64,000 nucleotides of DNA from Hormiphora californensis. Lineage: Eukaryota; Animalia; Ctenophora. This document shows positions 33,900 through 47,200 of this stretch, one piece after another. The notes under the pieces are model-generated. The model did not search any database. It had not been told where the DNA came from and saw only the letters and a program-made list of their open reading frames with translations. Position 1 is the first letter of the stretch. Each line of letters starts with the position of its first letter. A program made the translations under genes and the position numbers. The stretch lies in NCBI GenBank assembly GCA_020137815.1, contig CM035352.1, forward strand, positions 4,340,001 to 4,404,000, read 5' to 3'.

Positions 33900-36287
33900 C
33901 ACCCTTGATAAAACATACATACAAAATGAACCGTAATTGATGTTGCAAATCAGATAGCTCATAGACGTATGAAATGCTCATCAGTGTACGAACAGAGAGT
34001 GCCGTATCTGGTGTTCTAACACATTAATTAGAGTACCTAAGAAACTAGCTCTTTGTTTCTGATGTCTTATTTGTGCCATTAACATAATAAGATCGGCAAA
34101 GGCAATTTCTGAACAGAAAAAAAATTCAAGGCAAAATTTAGGCAAGGGGTACCACTGACATAATTTAACAGCCAAAAATTATATATTGCAGTTTCTTTTT
34201 GAATCTAAGATATGACATTTGTAGCGTTAACACCAACTCGGAGTGAAAATGATAGAAGAAACATCCTATTGGATCTATGTAAAAATCTAATAAACGTTCC
34301 ACTCTCTATACATACACAAATGAGCCATAATGGATGTTGCAAATCAGATGGCTCATAGACGTATGAAATGCTCATCAGTGTACGAACAGAGAGTGCCGTA
34401 TCTGGTGTTCTAACACATTAATTAGAGTACCTAAGAAACTAGCTCTTTGTTTCTGATGTCTTATTTGTGCCATTAACATAATAAGATCGGCAAAAGCAAT
34501 TTCTGAACAGAAAAAAAAATTCAAGGCAAAATTTAGGCAAGGGGTACCACTGACATAATTTAACAGCCGAAAATTTTATATTGCAGTTTCTTTTTGAATC
34601 TAAGATATGACATTTGTAGCGTTAACACCAACTCGGATTGAATAGGATAGAATAAAAATCCTATTGGATCATTGTAAAAATCTAAAAAACGTTCCACTCT
34701 CTATACATACACAAATGAGCCATAATGGGTGTAGCAAATCAGATGGCTCATAGACGTATGAAATGCTCATCGGTGTACGAACAGAGATTGTTGTATCTGG
34801 TTTTCTAGGTCATTTTATCTGTCTCCTGACGCGTCTAGGAGTCTACCGGAGCCACTGCAGGCCTATGGGGCTATAATTATGGGCATACCCGGGACAGTTG
34901 GAGTGTTGGACGTTGGTAAGTTGTTTGTCCGTGTTATGGATCTATTGCAATGATGTTTTGAGCGTAGAACTTCACTCATAATAAAAAGCTACAGATAAAA
35001 AGGTGGTCGCTAAGACAGAACTCGTTACTGTCAAGAACAAGAACCAATGAAATCACTCTCGGCGAGTACTGACCCGAATACTAAAGCTTGCTTCACGATT
35101 ATAAAGGGATGGTGATTCGATCTCTCTACAAGCGCCACGACACGGATGATTTCCAGGGGTTGCCGAGATTTTTTAGCTCTAAAATTTGGTACAGTGGTTC
35201 TACACAATGTGTGAATGGGATTGGCAAAGTTTCCGACTTGAAGCTCAAAATTCATTTTTATGAAATGAACCTCGTTCATTCTCTCAATCATAGTTGTTAG
35301 TCATTGTTGTTACTCAACAACCCAATCAGGAGATCATTTGACTCCAGACTTTTAACTGACGTGTTTGGCAATTGATTATTTATTGAATGCGACCAAGAAC
35401 AGCCAAAACGAGCTACCATAAAGACACACGGTGAATGGTGATCTGATTTCGTCCTCGGCGAACCTGGGAAGTTATGACATAGTGTTGCACGGTTGCCGAC
35501 ATCGTATAGCTCTAAAATTTGGCTGAGTGATTCATAATGGTCATCAGCGACCTCGGATAAGTAGGCTAGTAACTCAACCTTGGGATGGACCCTGTTTCAA
35601 GTGAGATTATTAGTTCAATTGGGATCAGTTGTACTGCAAGTGCTCGGTGCCATAATTGAGTCCGGCAAAGTTTATTCCCCGTGGCGCGTACTTTGGGAGA
35701 TAGCCGGGTGATTTGACCGTAATCACTGGACCATCAGCCAAGAACGTACACGGCAACGTGACTGAGCTCTGTATGGTATTTTTAGCACACGTGATAAAAC
35801 GTACATACACAAATGAGCCATAATGGATGTTGCAAATCAGATGGCTCATAGACGTATGAAATGCTCATCAGTGTACGAACAGAGAGTGCCGTATCTGGTG
35901 TTCTAACACATTAATTAGAGTACCTAAGAAACTAGCTCTTTGTTTCTGATGTCTTATTTGTGCCATTAACATAATAAGATCGGCAAAAGCAATTTCTGAA
36001 CAGAAAAAAAATTCAAGGCAAAATTTGGGCAAGGGGTACCACTGACATAATTTAACAGCCAAAAATTATATATTGTAGTTTCTTTTTGAATCTAAGATAT
36101 GACATTTGTAGCGTTAACACCAACTAGGATTGAATAGGATAGGTTAAACATCCTTTTGGATCTACTTATAGTATGAAAAAAACATTCCATTCTCTATACA
36201 TACACAAATGAGCCATAATGGATCTTGCAAATCAGATGGCTCATAGACGTATGGAATGCTCATTGGTGTACGAACAGAGAGTGTCTC
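33900..36287 (-). repeat. Complex tandem repeat block (~385-bp A units plus a ~900-bp B unit), inverted relative to 54349-59557
   Basis: A units start at ~33925, 34310, 34700 (partial), 35800 and 36190 (partial); the B unit spans ~34800-35730. The same spurious ORFs (MAVKLCQW..., MLHDYKG...) occur on the opposite strand at 55-59 kb. Confidence 0.9.
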
Positions 36288-36544
36288 TGTGTGTGCTATC
36301 CTCTCTGGTGGAACTGTGCGAGGACCCTACAGTACACATTCTACTCTAATGCCCTTAATTTGTCTCTACTCCTATTCTAATATGAGTTATGTTTTTGTCC
36401 ATAGGCTGAAAATATACAGCTACAGGTACGGCGCGGTGCGGAAGTGATCTTGTTGCACCTCACTCCGGATTTTAGGCTTTATAAAGGTGTAAGTGGGGAC
36501 CTCTAGGGACACGTAAGTGAAGAATTTAGCTGGTTAACTAATTA

Positions 36545-36807
36545 GGGTCAGCACACACCAACGTTAAATTAAAATTTTGATTTTAACGCCGCACACACCA
36601 GCGGACGTTAAAATTTCTTTCCCCCATTCTAAAAGTAACGATCCTCATGCGCCAGTTTGACGGGGTGTTAAAATTTTAACACCAAGTCAAACTGGCACGT
36701 GAGATTGTTACTTTTAGAATGGGGAGAGAAGTTTTAACGGCCGCTGGTGTGTGCAGCGTTAAAATCAAAATTTTAATTTTAATTTTAACTTTGGTGTGTG
36801 CTGACCC
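36545..36807. mobile_element. PIF/Harbinger-like MITE
   Basis: TTA|GGGTCAGCACACACCAA...TTGGTGTGTGCTGACCC|TAA, palindromic throughout. A partial copy lies at ~45605-45780. Confidence 0.8.
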
Positions 36808-38019
36808 TAAATTTTATCGAATACCGCACTCGACTTCGGCACTCGCCTCCTGCTCGTGCCTACGTCACGATGCAGTATACAGATATGTATTATAATACAC
36901 TGCGTTTGTAACACTTATATTAGGAGCTGTCATGGTGCGAATTGCGAAATTTACTCTTATAAGTGAGTTGGTTAGTTACAATAGAAAGCATAACCAGGCG
37001 TCCTGGATTTAATGTCAACGCTGTTAATCTTTCTTTTATAGCATTTCAGTTTTAGAATAGAGAAAATAATGGGTTAGCAGATAAAATAAAAAAGTGTGTA
37101 CGTTTACATGTTGATATCTTGAATAACACATGTTCATTATGTGAAACAGCCAGTTAAATATCTCAGTTATCTCATTATACGCCCTCTTTTATAAAATTTA
37201 TAAATGTATAAAAAGCTAAAAACAACCCCTGATCACTAAAAGGGTGAATACACACTGTTTTAGATTTGTCATACTCGTAATAGCATGATATGTGAATACA
37301 TGCTGTATGATGACACTATAAAATACAAACAGCTATAAAAGTTAAGTGTGTTCATGTTGTGTTCCAGCACAACTGTCTAAAAACTGCAGTGTGCGCTGTG
37401 TTGTTGTTGGTTGGTCGTCAACATTTATTAACCTGCTCTGGGGCCGGTCGGAAAGTTGGATGTTGATGAACAAAAAAGTGTGCATACAATCTGCTGTTTT
37501 GAAGGGCTGTTTTCACGTTTTATATACCAGATGGATCACGTGCTCTAAGAGGCTGTTGTACTGCAGGCTGTCGTACTGCAGGTCAAGTGTTGTTCATCTG
37601 CGGTTTATCCATCTGGAAAAAGAAATGTGTTTGGGTCAGTACACACGTTATATTTAAAATTAAAATCTGAGAGCGGCCTGTGAACGTCTGATGTACGCAG
37701 CGCATTGGCACGTGCAACGTGAGCGCTGGCAGGCTGTTACATGTTGCAATGGGGGTGAATAAAATATAAAGTATAAAACATCACATCTCTCTCCCTCTCT
37801 CTCACTAACTATCACTCTAAATCGGATCATCTGATCTGATCTTCCTACCCCTATGTAACAGGGGGCAGCTGTAATTATGGTACGGGGTAGGATGTGATGT
37901 GATCCTTGGGGTGTGCCGTGGGGGTCCCCCACTGGGGGATCAATGAAATCCGATCCAGAGGTCATCCGCCTACCAATGGAATGTGGGTGATCCAAACGGG
38001 TGGATCTACATTTTATATA

Positions 38020-38158
38020 CAGTCGGACCCCGATTTAGGGACACCCTCGGCCTCGGGGGAAAGGCTCTTGTCCACTAAATCGGGGTCAAATAATGTTAAT
38101 TTCCTATATCGGGGGAAAAACATCATGTCCCTAAACATGCTAAATCGGGGTCCGACTG
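38020..38158. mobile_element. pogo/Tigger-like MITE (same family as 33362)
   Basis: TA|CAGTCGGACCCCGATTTAG...CTAAATCGGGGTCCGACTG|TA. Confidence 0.85.
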
Positions 38159-38211
38159 TAGTAAGATGTGAATCGGCGGCATGCATGGTACCATTGGTAT
38201 TACCAACTTAC

Positions 38212-41200
38212 CGCTTTCACTTTCGTACTGCAACAGATCTATTTCTTCATATTTTTTTTCCCGCATCTGGTCATAGGCTTTCAGGTAGTGGGACGCCACT
38301 TTCATGGCTTTACCAGCAGGGAATATGTGATAGCTGAAAATATTTCAGATTATCCATTGTAACACCCGTCGACCCCCCATCTGGCCTTTACACTGTTTTC
38401 AATATATCATACAAATTAATGTGGTTCTGCGGTGAACAATAGGATGTAGAACAATATGAATCATATACTAGTTTATAACTATCCTTGCATATTTATAAGA
38501 ATGAAGTCATTTAGCTCGGTATTCGATGTTAAAAGCTAGGTATAGGGGATACCACCCTCCCTCCTTCAGAGGTCGGTGGGCCATAAATTATTAGTTCAAA
38601 CTCTAAGTCTAATCAAAATACGTTTTCTCTGGTAGTATGGTAGTTAAGGTCGTGCACACTTTTTGGCGCCAACTTGCGCTAAAATATCGCCACTTGGCGC
38701 GACGTGGCGATATTTTAGCGCCGAAATTTGGCGACTGCATACAACCGCCAAATGGCGCCAAAAAGTGCACACGACCTTAACTACCATACTACCTTCTCTC
38801 TTGTACTGCGGTACTGTGGTGTGCCACATCTGCAAGGAGCTGCCGTCGGTTCCCGTTCTTGTCCAAAGGTATCGCGGGATGCGTGTCATATCCTGTAAAA
38901 GTAGTTGTTAGCACAGTTTAGTCATGGTTTTGTTATTGAAAATACACCTTTGCGAGCTCAATCTCGACTGCTACACAGATGTTGTTCGTGTGTGATATCA
39001 ATGTCACCAGGGATATGCAGTTGTACCTGTGACTATGCTTTTTCTGACATCATTGGGACAAAGTACATTATCCTTATGTTTTATTGCCAGATTCTTTGAC
39101 GCGTCGACAATGGTGTCGTTTGTGGTCGTAAACACCTGTTAAGCATGTGAGGTGTTAACATGAAATTACGGTAGCTTTGGGAGCTGTAATATTGCCATCA
39201 CAGAATAATTTTATTCGAACGGTGTGTATGTGGCTCTAGGTTAAAGTGTACCAAACGGTTCGAACGGTTCATATCATTTATCTCATTTATCCGCTCAAAT
39301 GTTATACAGTCGCACCCCGATTTAGGGGCCCCCGATTTAGTGGCACCCCGATTTATAACTTTTTTGCAAAATTTTACAGTACGATTGTCAATGCTTTGAT
39401 CGGTGCTCCCCATAAATTTTGAGAGAAAAAGTTATTTTGAAATTTTGATACTTCCTCACACGCCCGATTCGGCATGGTATCACGTATCGGTTCGTTTCGA
39501 ATCCGCTAATTAGACAGGACATCCAGTAAGCTGCACCGATTCGAAACACACATCGGCCGGGCTGGTATAACTTAGAAAAATTTTCAAATTTTTTTGAAAA
39601 AAAAAACTATTTTATATTTTTCTATTTCTTATCAGAAATGATGATGTCATCAATACATGAATATTGCAGATAACAGTTAGAGGTGTCTTTAGTCTTAATA
39701 ATATAGCATTTTGGGCATAAAATAGGTTTTTATGGGCCAAATATGGCTCACCCCGATTTAGTGGACAAGACCCTTTACCCCGAGGGTGTCCCTAAATCGG
39801 GGTCCAACTGTAGTTAAATTTCACACAATTATAATTAATCAAGGTTTTATTATTTTGATAACAGAGATTAATATCATCTAGGACAATTGAGACCACTAGA
39901 GTAAAATGGGGCTATTTAGTTCACAAAACCATATTTAATACACGGGATAATTTGAAAAGGATCAATATCCTCCTTCCTTGAGTCGTTTGACACTGAACAA
40001 TTCAACTCCTTCAAATGTGCCCAAGATTCGCAAATTGGTTTAGAAATGGCTGAGTTATGGTAAAAATGTGAAGAACCGCTTACCCCAGTTACAAAGATAA
40101 AAATCCTTACTGACAGCAGTTTTAAAGCGAAAATTTGAAACTGCATTAGCAGGTCCATGCTGGAGACTAAATTGGCGTGACACACGTATTTCTACTGTCA
40201 AAAATGTTTTGCACTTTACCAAATGGCCGCAGTTTATCCAAGTTTATTCGAACATGCTTCTCGAACTTACATACTCCGTTGGATTGTCATTCTCCGTTAT
40301 TCGGATGTAGTGAAGTAATGCCCGGTGAACGAAGACATTAGCACAAACATATTTCGAACCAAATTTCTTCCAATTTTTGTGCTTTCCTCTTCGGCCACCC
40401 ACGTTTCTTTTGTTTGGTTCTGTAAATAAACTATAGTTATCTTTACTGTAGTTAATAGGTCCTATGAACTACTATTATAGTCATCTCTATAATTTGAGAT
40501 GATTGACATCATATCACAATTATATTCTCGTTATTGGTGTGTAAAAAATTAAAAAAATTAAAAATTAAAAATATACTGCCAATTACCTTTCACTGACTTC
40601 GTCTTATACATAAAAATCCGTCCTTTTGTCCCGCAGTTTTTTTTGTAGGGGTTCGTCACGTCCTCTTTTTTCAGACTGGTGACCTCACTGCGATATACAT
40701 TTAATCATTAATTAGATGTGTTTAACTTATCAAACTAAAACTATTAGAAATAACGGCATGGTGGTTTAGTGGCTACTACACTCACATCTCTTAGTAGGTT
40801 TGATCCGTAAACCGTCTAGTCTGCCAAGGTATAATTGGTAGCAGCTCTAATTAATTAAGAGATAGAAATGTAGCGCCATGGCTTGATTTTATCTTATTAT
40901 CTAAAAATAAGGCGACCCAAGATAACTTACCCGAAAATTAACTTAAATTTACCCTTCTAAGTTAGTTTTAAGTTGCCTTATTTTTAGATGCAGTCGGACG
41001 CCGATTTACCGTGATGAAAAGCTTCCCCGATATAGGAAATTATAGTTTGGAAAGATACAGAAAACTTTTCTTCTTTATTACAATGGTGGGCATAAAATAA
41101 ACAGCCGCCCTAGACTAGCATAGTTCCAGATATCGTAGAGCTCTGAAATTTTACATTTGAAAGACAATTCTTTGACTTCTGAATCGAAAAAACCATTCTT

Positions 41201-44200
41201 TGTGGAATGAATGACAATGTTCATTTCGATATCTGGAACTATGCTAGTCTAGGGCGTCGTCCTACACTGACTGTACACTACACTGACTGTACACGCGAGG
41301 CCGCTTCGCGGCCTCGCGTAGCTGCACCGGGCCTTCGGCCTGGTGCGGAGAGGAGGGTCACATATATGAGACAACTAGGGCGGCTGTTTATTTTATGCCC
41401 ACCATTTATCGATTTTCAGGAATTTAAATTTTTTTCTCGAAAATATGTATGACGAGATGACGAGATGTAAATATATGCGTGGCTCAGCAGTAGAACCCGC
41501 TATGATATTGTAATATCAAAAAATCTGAAAAAAAGTCTTCAAAATTCGAAAAATAAGAAAGAAGAAACGTTTTCCCCAAGCATCCTGTTTAATCGGGGTC
41601 CTGTATATATTACAGTCGCCTACCTCTTAGCAAGGGCGAATTAGCCAAAATAACCTCAAATTAGTGGCAAAATTTGTAACAAGCTTATTCCTTCACTAAG
41701 TGACCCTAATGTGTCCCCCAAATCACCAAAAAAGATCCAGCCGATCGGAGTTGCTGAAGACCCTTATTTCCGGGTAGGCGTGGCACCTGTATTTTCAGCC
41801 TGAGGCCAAAACCATGAGTAACCTTAACATAGGAGTAGAGATAAAATCGAGGGCACTAGCAATGTATAGCTAGGGGAAATGTATAGCAATGTGAAGCTAG
41901 GGGAAATGTATAGCAATGTATAGCTAGGGGAAATGTATAACAATGTATAGCTAGGGGAAATGTATAGCAATGTATAGCTAGGGGAAATGTATAGCAATGT
42001 ATAGCTAGGGGAAATGTATAGCAATGTATAGCTAGGGGAAATGTATAACAATGTATAACTAGGGGAAATGTATAGCAATATATAACTAGGGGAAATGTAT
42101 AGCAATGTATAACTAGGGGAAATGTATAGCAATGTATAACTAGGGGAAATGTATAACAATGTATAGCTAGGGGAAATGTATAGCAATGTATAGCTAGGGG
42201 AAATGTATAGCAATGTATAACTAGGGGAAATGTATAGCAATGTATAACTAGGGGAAATGTATAGCAATGTATAGCTAGGGGAAATGTATAGCAATGTATA
42301 GCTAGGGGAAATGTATAGCAATGTATAGCTAGGGGAAATGTATAGCAATGTATAGCTAGGGGAAATGTATAGCAATGTATAGCTAGGGGAAATGTATAGC
42401 AATGTATAACTAGGGGAAATGTATAACAATGTATAACTAGGGGAAATGTATAGCAATGTATAACTAGGGGAAATGTATAGCAATGTATAGCTAGGGGAAA
42501 TGTATAGCAATGTATAACTAGGGGAAATGTATAACAATGTATAACTAGGGGAAATGTATAGCAATGTATAACTAGGGGAAATGTATAGCAATGTATAGCT
42601 AGGGGAAATGTATAGCAATATATAACTAGGGGAAATGTATAGCAATGTATAACTAGGGGAAATGTATAACAATGTATAGCTAGGGGAAATGTATAGCAAT
42701 ATATAACTAGGGGAAATGTATAGCAATGTATAACTAGGGGAAATGTATAGCAATGTATAGCTAGGGGAAATGTATAGCAATATATAACTAGGGGAAATGT
42801 ATAGCAATGTATAACTAGGGGAAATGTATAACAATGTATAGCTAGGGGAAATGTATAGCAATATATAACTAGGGGAAATGTATAGCAATGTGAAGCTAGG
42901 GGAAATGTATAGCAATGTATAGCTAGGGGAAATGTATAGCAATGTATAGCTAGGGGAAATGTATAGCAATGTATAACTAGGGGAAATGTATAGCAATGTA
43001 TAACTAGGGGAAATGTATAGCAATGTATAGCTAGGGGAAATGTATAGCAATGTATAGCTAGGGGAAATGTATAGCAATGTATAGCTAGGGGAAATGTATA
43101 GCAATGTATAGCTAGGGGAAATGTATAGCAATGTATAGCTAGGGGAAATGTATAGCAATGTATAACTAGGGGAAATGTATAACAATGTATAACTAGGGGA
43201 AATGTATAGCAATGTATAACTAGGGGAAATGTATAGCAATGTATAGCTAGGGGAAATGTATAGCAATGTATAACTAGGGGAAATGTATAACAATGTATAA
43301 CTAGGGGAAATGTATAGCAATGTATAACTAGGGGAAATGTATAGCAATGTATAGCTAGGGGAAATGTATAGCAATATATAACTAGGGGAAATGTATAGCA
43401 ATGTATAACTAGGGGAAATGTATAACAATGTATAGCTAGGGGAAATGTATAGCAATATATAACTAGGGGAAATGTATAGCAATGTGAAGCTAGGGGAAAT
43501 GTATAGCAATGTATAGCTAGGGGAAATGTATAGCAATGTATAACTAGGGGAAATGTATAGCAATGTATAGCTAGGGGAAATGTATAGCAATGTATAGCTA
43601 GGGGAAATGTATAGCAATGTATAACTAGGGGAAATGTATAACAATGTATAACTAGGGGAAATATATAGTGATCAGCGACCTCGTATTAGTGGGGAATTAT
43701 GTCTCTATCTCATTTGGTTTATAAGATAATTGGATAATTAGGTTTGCACATTTACCGTTTTTTTGGCTATATGATTATGACTATTACCACTTAGGAATTG
43801 GTTTGAGACATTTCAATGGTGCCATTTTGTTCAGAAAGAATTTTTAATATATGTAATAGACAATAGTTGTGCAAAAATTTAGTTAATTGTCCTAGTTTGA
43901 CCGCTAATAACGCCAGAACGGTAAGAGATAGGCCCTAAATTTTTCCACAACTCTTCTCAACAAAATGGCACCAACGAAAAGTATCTAAACCATTCCTAAG
44001 TGGCTCCTTAGGGTCACTTAGTGAAGGAATTAGCTTGTTACAAATTTTGCCACTAATTTCGGCTTTTTCTCCCTAATTTTCTGCTTGCTTTTTTAGAAAA
44101 TACCGCGATGATATGGATGAGACGTCACGTCGGGACGTAGTTTCACTTTTCAGTGGTCTGACAAATCTTAATCATAAATAGTCTTACCCAGCTCTAACGG

Positions 44201-47200
44201 GGCCAAGCAGTAAGAGGGCTGTGAGCAGTTTGTTTCGAATTCTGTTCTTATTCGTTTTTTCCTTGAATGCCCAGTCTGTTTCATACAGAAAACGTGCGAA
44301 TATTTCCATAGGTACCCGTTTAGCTTCGTCTTTTTCCATATTGTCATGGAAGACTTGCTGAAATGTAAGTTCGTTAGGTTAAATCGAATGTGTTGGGGCA
44401 AAGCGTATCAAAATAAGTTGAGGTGAGCGGTTTGAGCATTTAAATACCAATCGAATGTCTAAATATTTCAGTTTTCAATGTTGTTGGATTGATATATTCC
44501 TTACTATTTGGTCCTCCTGCCAACTTTTAGTTGTTCTTGTCTGTCGTTTCAGATTTGCGATTGTCACTTCCAAAGTGTGTACTTTTTCATCGCCTACAAT
44601 GATATTAGGATAACTCGAGCACACTTTGGTCACAATATGGCCACTTTAAGGGGGCAACATTCGTACTTACTCATTGGTAGCTTATTTGCACAGTGCTCAA
44701 GGAAATTCCTGAAGTAGGATCGATAATCAGATTTTCCCTTAGGTCCGACTTTCCCTTCTCCATTCGTTGATGGCATCCTGTCAATTGTCATGTCGACAAA
44801 AGTGGATAGCCCTGGGATGAATAAAAAACCTTGCCAGCTGAGGAAAGATTGTATAACGTGTCTTGCTTTTTTATATAGGAAGAGGTACTAGAATAAAATC
44901 AAACAATACATACTTACTCCATTTCCTGCAGGTCGTACCCTGCGAACTGCATCACATTGGGTAAAATTCTCCTTAGTGCTCTTATCTTCTTGGACACAGT
45001 GTTGTCCGATGTCAAGTTTGTCTGAAACAAGTAATTTTTCTCTGCTAACATTTGGTATTAGGGTAAGGACCAAACATTTCGTGGGGGGGAGGGGTATTCC
45101 TTTTCCAATAGTTAGTCTAAGAGGTTAGGAATACTTATTTGCTGAAACTATAGCTCACCTCGCCTAGGGATTCGAGTAGGACTTTAAGGTCTGGCGGAAA
45201 TTTGCTCAGCGGTAAAGTTGGTAAATACTTTGGTGTTGATATGTCATTGGCAGCCCTGAAAAAGTGTTGTTAATTCCGATAGCACCGTACACCAAACTTT
45301 TTCATTTTAAATCGTCTTTTTTGACTGTTTTTTGGTCATAACTCGTGATTGGATTGTCAGAACATCTTAAAACCGGTTTCAAGATGATCCAAGCACTCGG
45401 GTGTGTACCAATAGTGGTCCTGACTATATAATAACTCGCTATTATAGTACTGTAATAGCGAGGTCCTGTAATAGTGTAATAGTGAGCTATTACAGGAGTA
45501 CCCTCGTATCAGTAGGGTAAGCTGGGGTAAAAGTGGCCCATTTTTAACGTTTTAGGTTCTAAAATATGCAATTTATACAACAGGAAGAAAAAATACATAT
45601 ATACTTTAAAATTTTGACGGTCGCGTTGGATGATAAAATTTTAACATGCTGTCAGTGTCAAAATCGCGCGCGAGATTGTTACTTTTAGAATGGGGGAGAG
45701 AAATTTTAACGGCCGCTGGTGTGTGAGGGTTTAAAATCAAAATTTTAATTTTAATTTCAACTTTGGTGTGTGGTGACCCTTACCCCGCCCCGGGTCAATT
45801 TGCCCCAGCTTACCCTATATACATTGTCAGTCGTTCCACCGCTAATGAGATTTACCGAATCGTGAGCAATACCCCATATCGACTGATATTGTAAATGAAT
45901 CGCTAATGAGCTACACCGAATCGAACACTGTACAGTGTACAGTGTACACTGTACACCGACACGGAGTCTACTCCGGTCTCCGTATCGGTTCACACACCTG
46001 ATCTGTCTCTCTGATCAGCTATCTCTGTCTTTCTTGGGAGGAATAGGGAGCAACGGGTATTTGTACGGTCGGTTAAACTTGGAAGTGGTTTGAAGAGCAA
46101 AGAGAGTCAGTGTCAGGCTCTGATTCTCTCCTCTCTACTCTCTCCTCTAAAGTTCTATCAGGAGCCACATACACTGAACGGAAAGTCTCTGACTCTTTCA
46201 GCCGTGCTGCCTTACCCAGGATCGCCCTAACACTCCCTCTGCTCCTCTAAACCACTTTCACTGTACCCGTTCCTCCCTGTTCCTACCAAGATAGCTGAGA
46301 GACACAGAAAAAGAGACAGGGACAGATCATGACAGAGACAGACAGAAACAGAGACAGAGGGGACCGTTTCGGTGTGTGAACCGATACGGAGACCGGAGTA
46401 GACTCCGTGTCGGTGTACAGTGTACAATCCGTATCGGTTCATGATTCGGTTACCGGTGTAGCTCATAATTAGCGATACGTTTACAATATCAATGTCACGG
46501 GACTATAACGAGGGTGAGGGCAAGAGTCTCAGCTATTGCATGGTTCCCTTACATTTTATTCTAAATCTAAAATGACTGAGCAGCATGCTTGTTTATGGAC
46601 CTTGGCGTGTTTGCTCGTCTCGCGAGTACGCTCGCGACTAGCAAATACGACATGCAGAATACACCCTGATTACAGTACTGTAATAGCGTGTCAAGATTCC
46701 TCCGATCTGCCCCGTTAAATTGGGGGCCAGCTATTTTACCTCTCTTTTTCGGTAGCAGGACTTGGCGGAGATTGTTGAGTTTCAGAATTCTCGGCCTCAT
46801 CGTCAGTCTCTGGTCTGAAATATGTTTATATATATTATATAAGTTTATAACAATCAAAGAATTGAATATAAAGAAACAGGCCTTCCCTGAATTGGTCCAC
46901 CTAAAAAAGTTACATGCATTAAGTTGCATAGCAAGGAGTAAGAGCTAAGAATGTTGAATGAAAATAATTCGGTTCAATTGCCTTAGCGGGTCATCTTTTA
47001 TGAGCCATTTAATTGAAAAGAATAATACTTTTTGCCGTTAACTATTTTCTTTTTGATTTTGAAGCCCACTAAAATCGTAGAGAAATTAAGAGAGGATTAC
47101 CCCTATTAGGACACACGAACTGTAGGGCTGTTCAAAGAAAAAACTGTAATTACTCGAGGTACACACCAGTGTCCTTTCTTATCTCCATATGGTTACAGGT

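Noticed and set aside
40755-40830. tRNA-like A box (TGGTTTAGTGG) and B-box-like GGTTTGATCC
   Set aside because: No cloverleaf forms; at most this is a decayed SINE head.
41824-43644. 606-aa ORF (LYISPSYTL)n
   Set aside because: It is the translation of a 27-bp minisatellite inside an intron.
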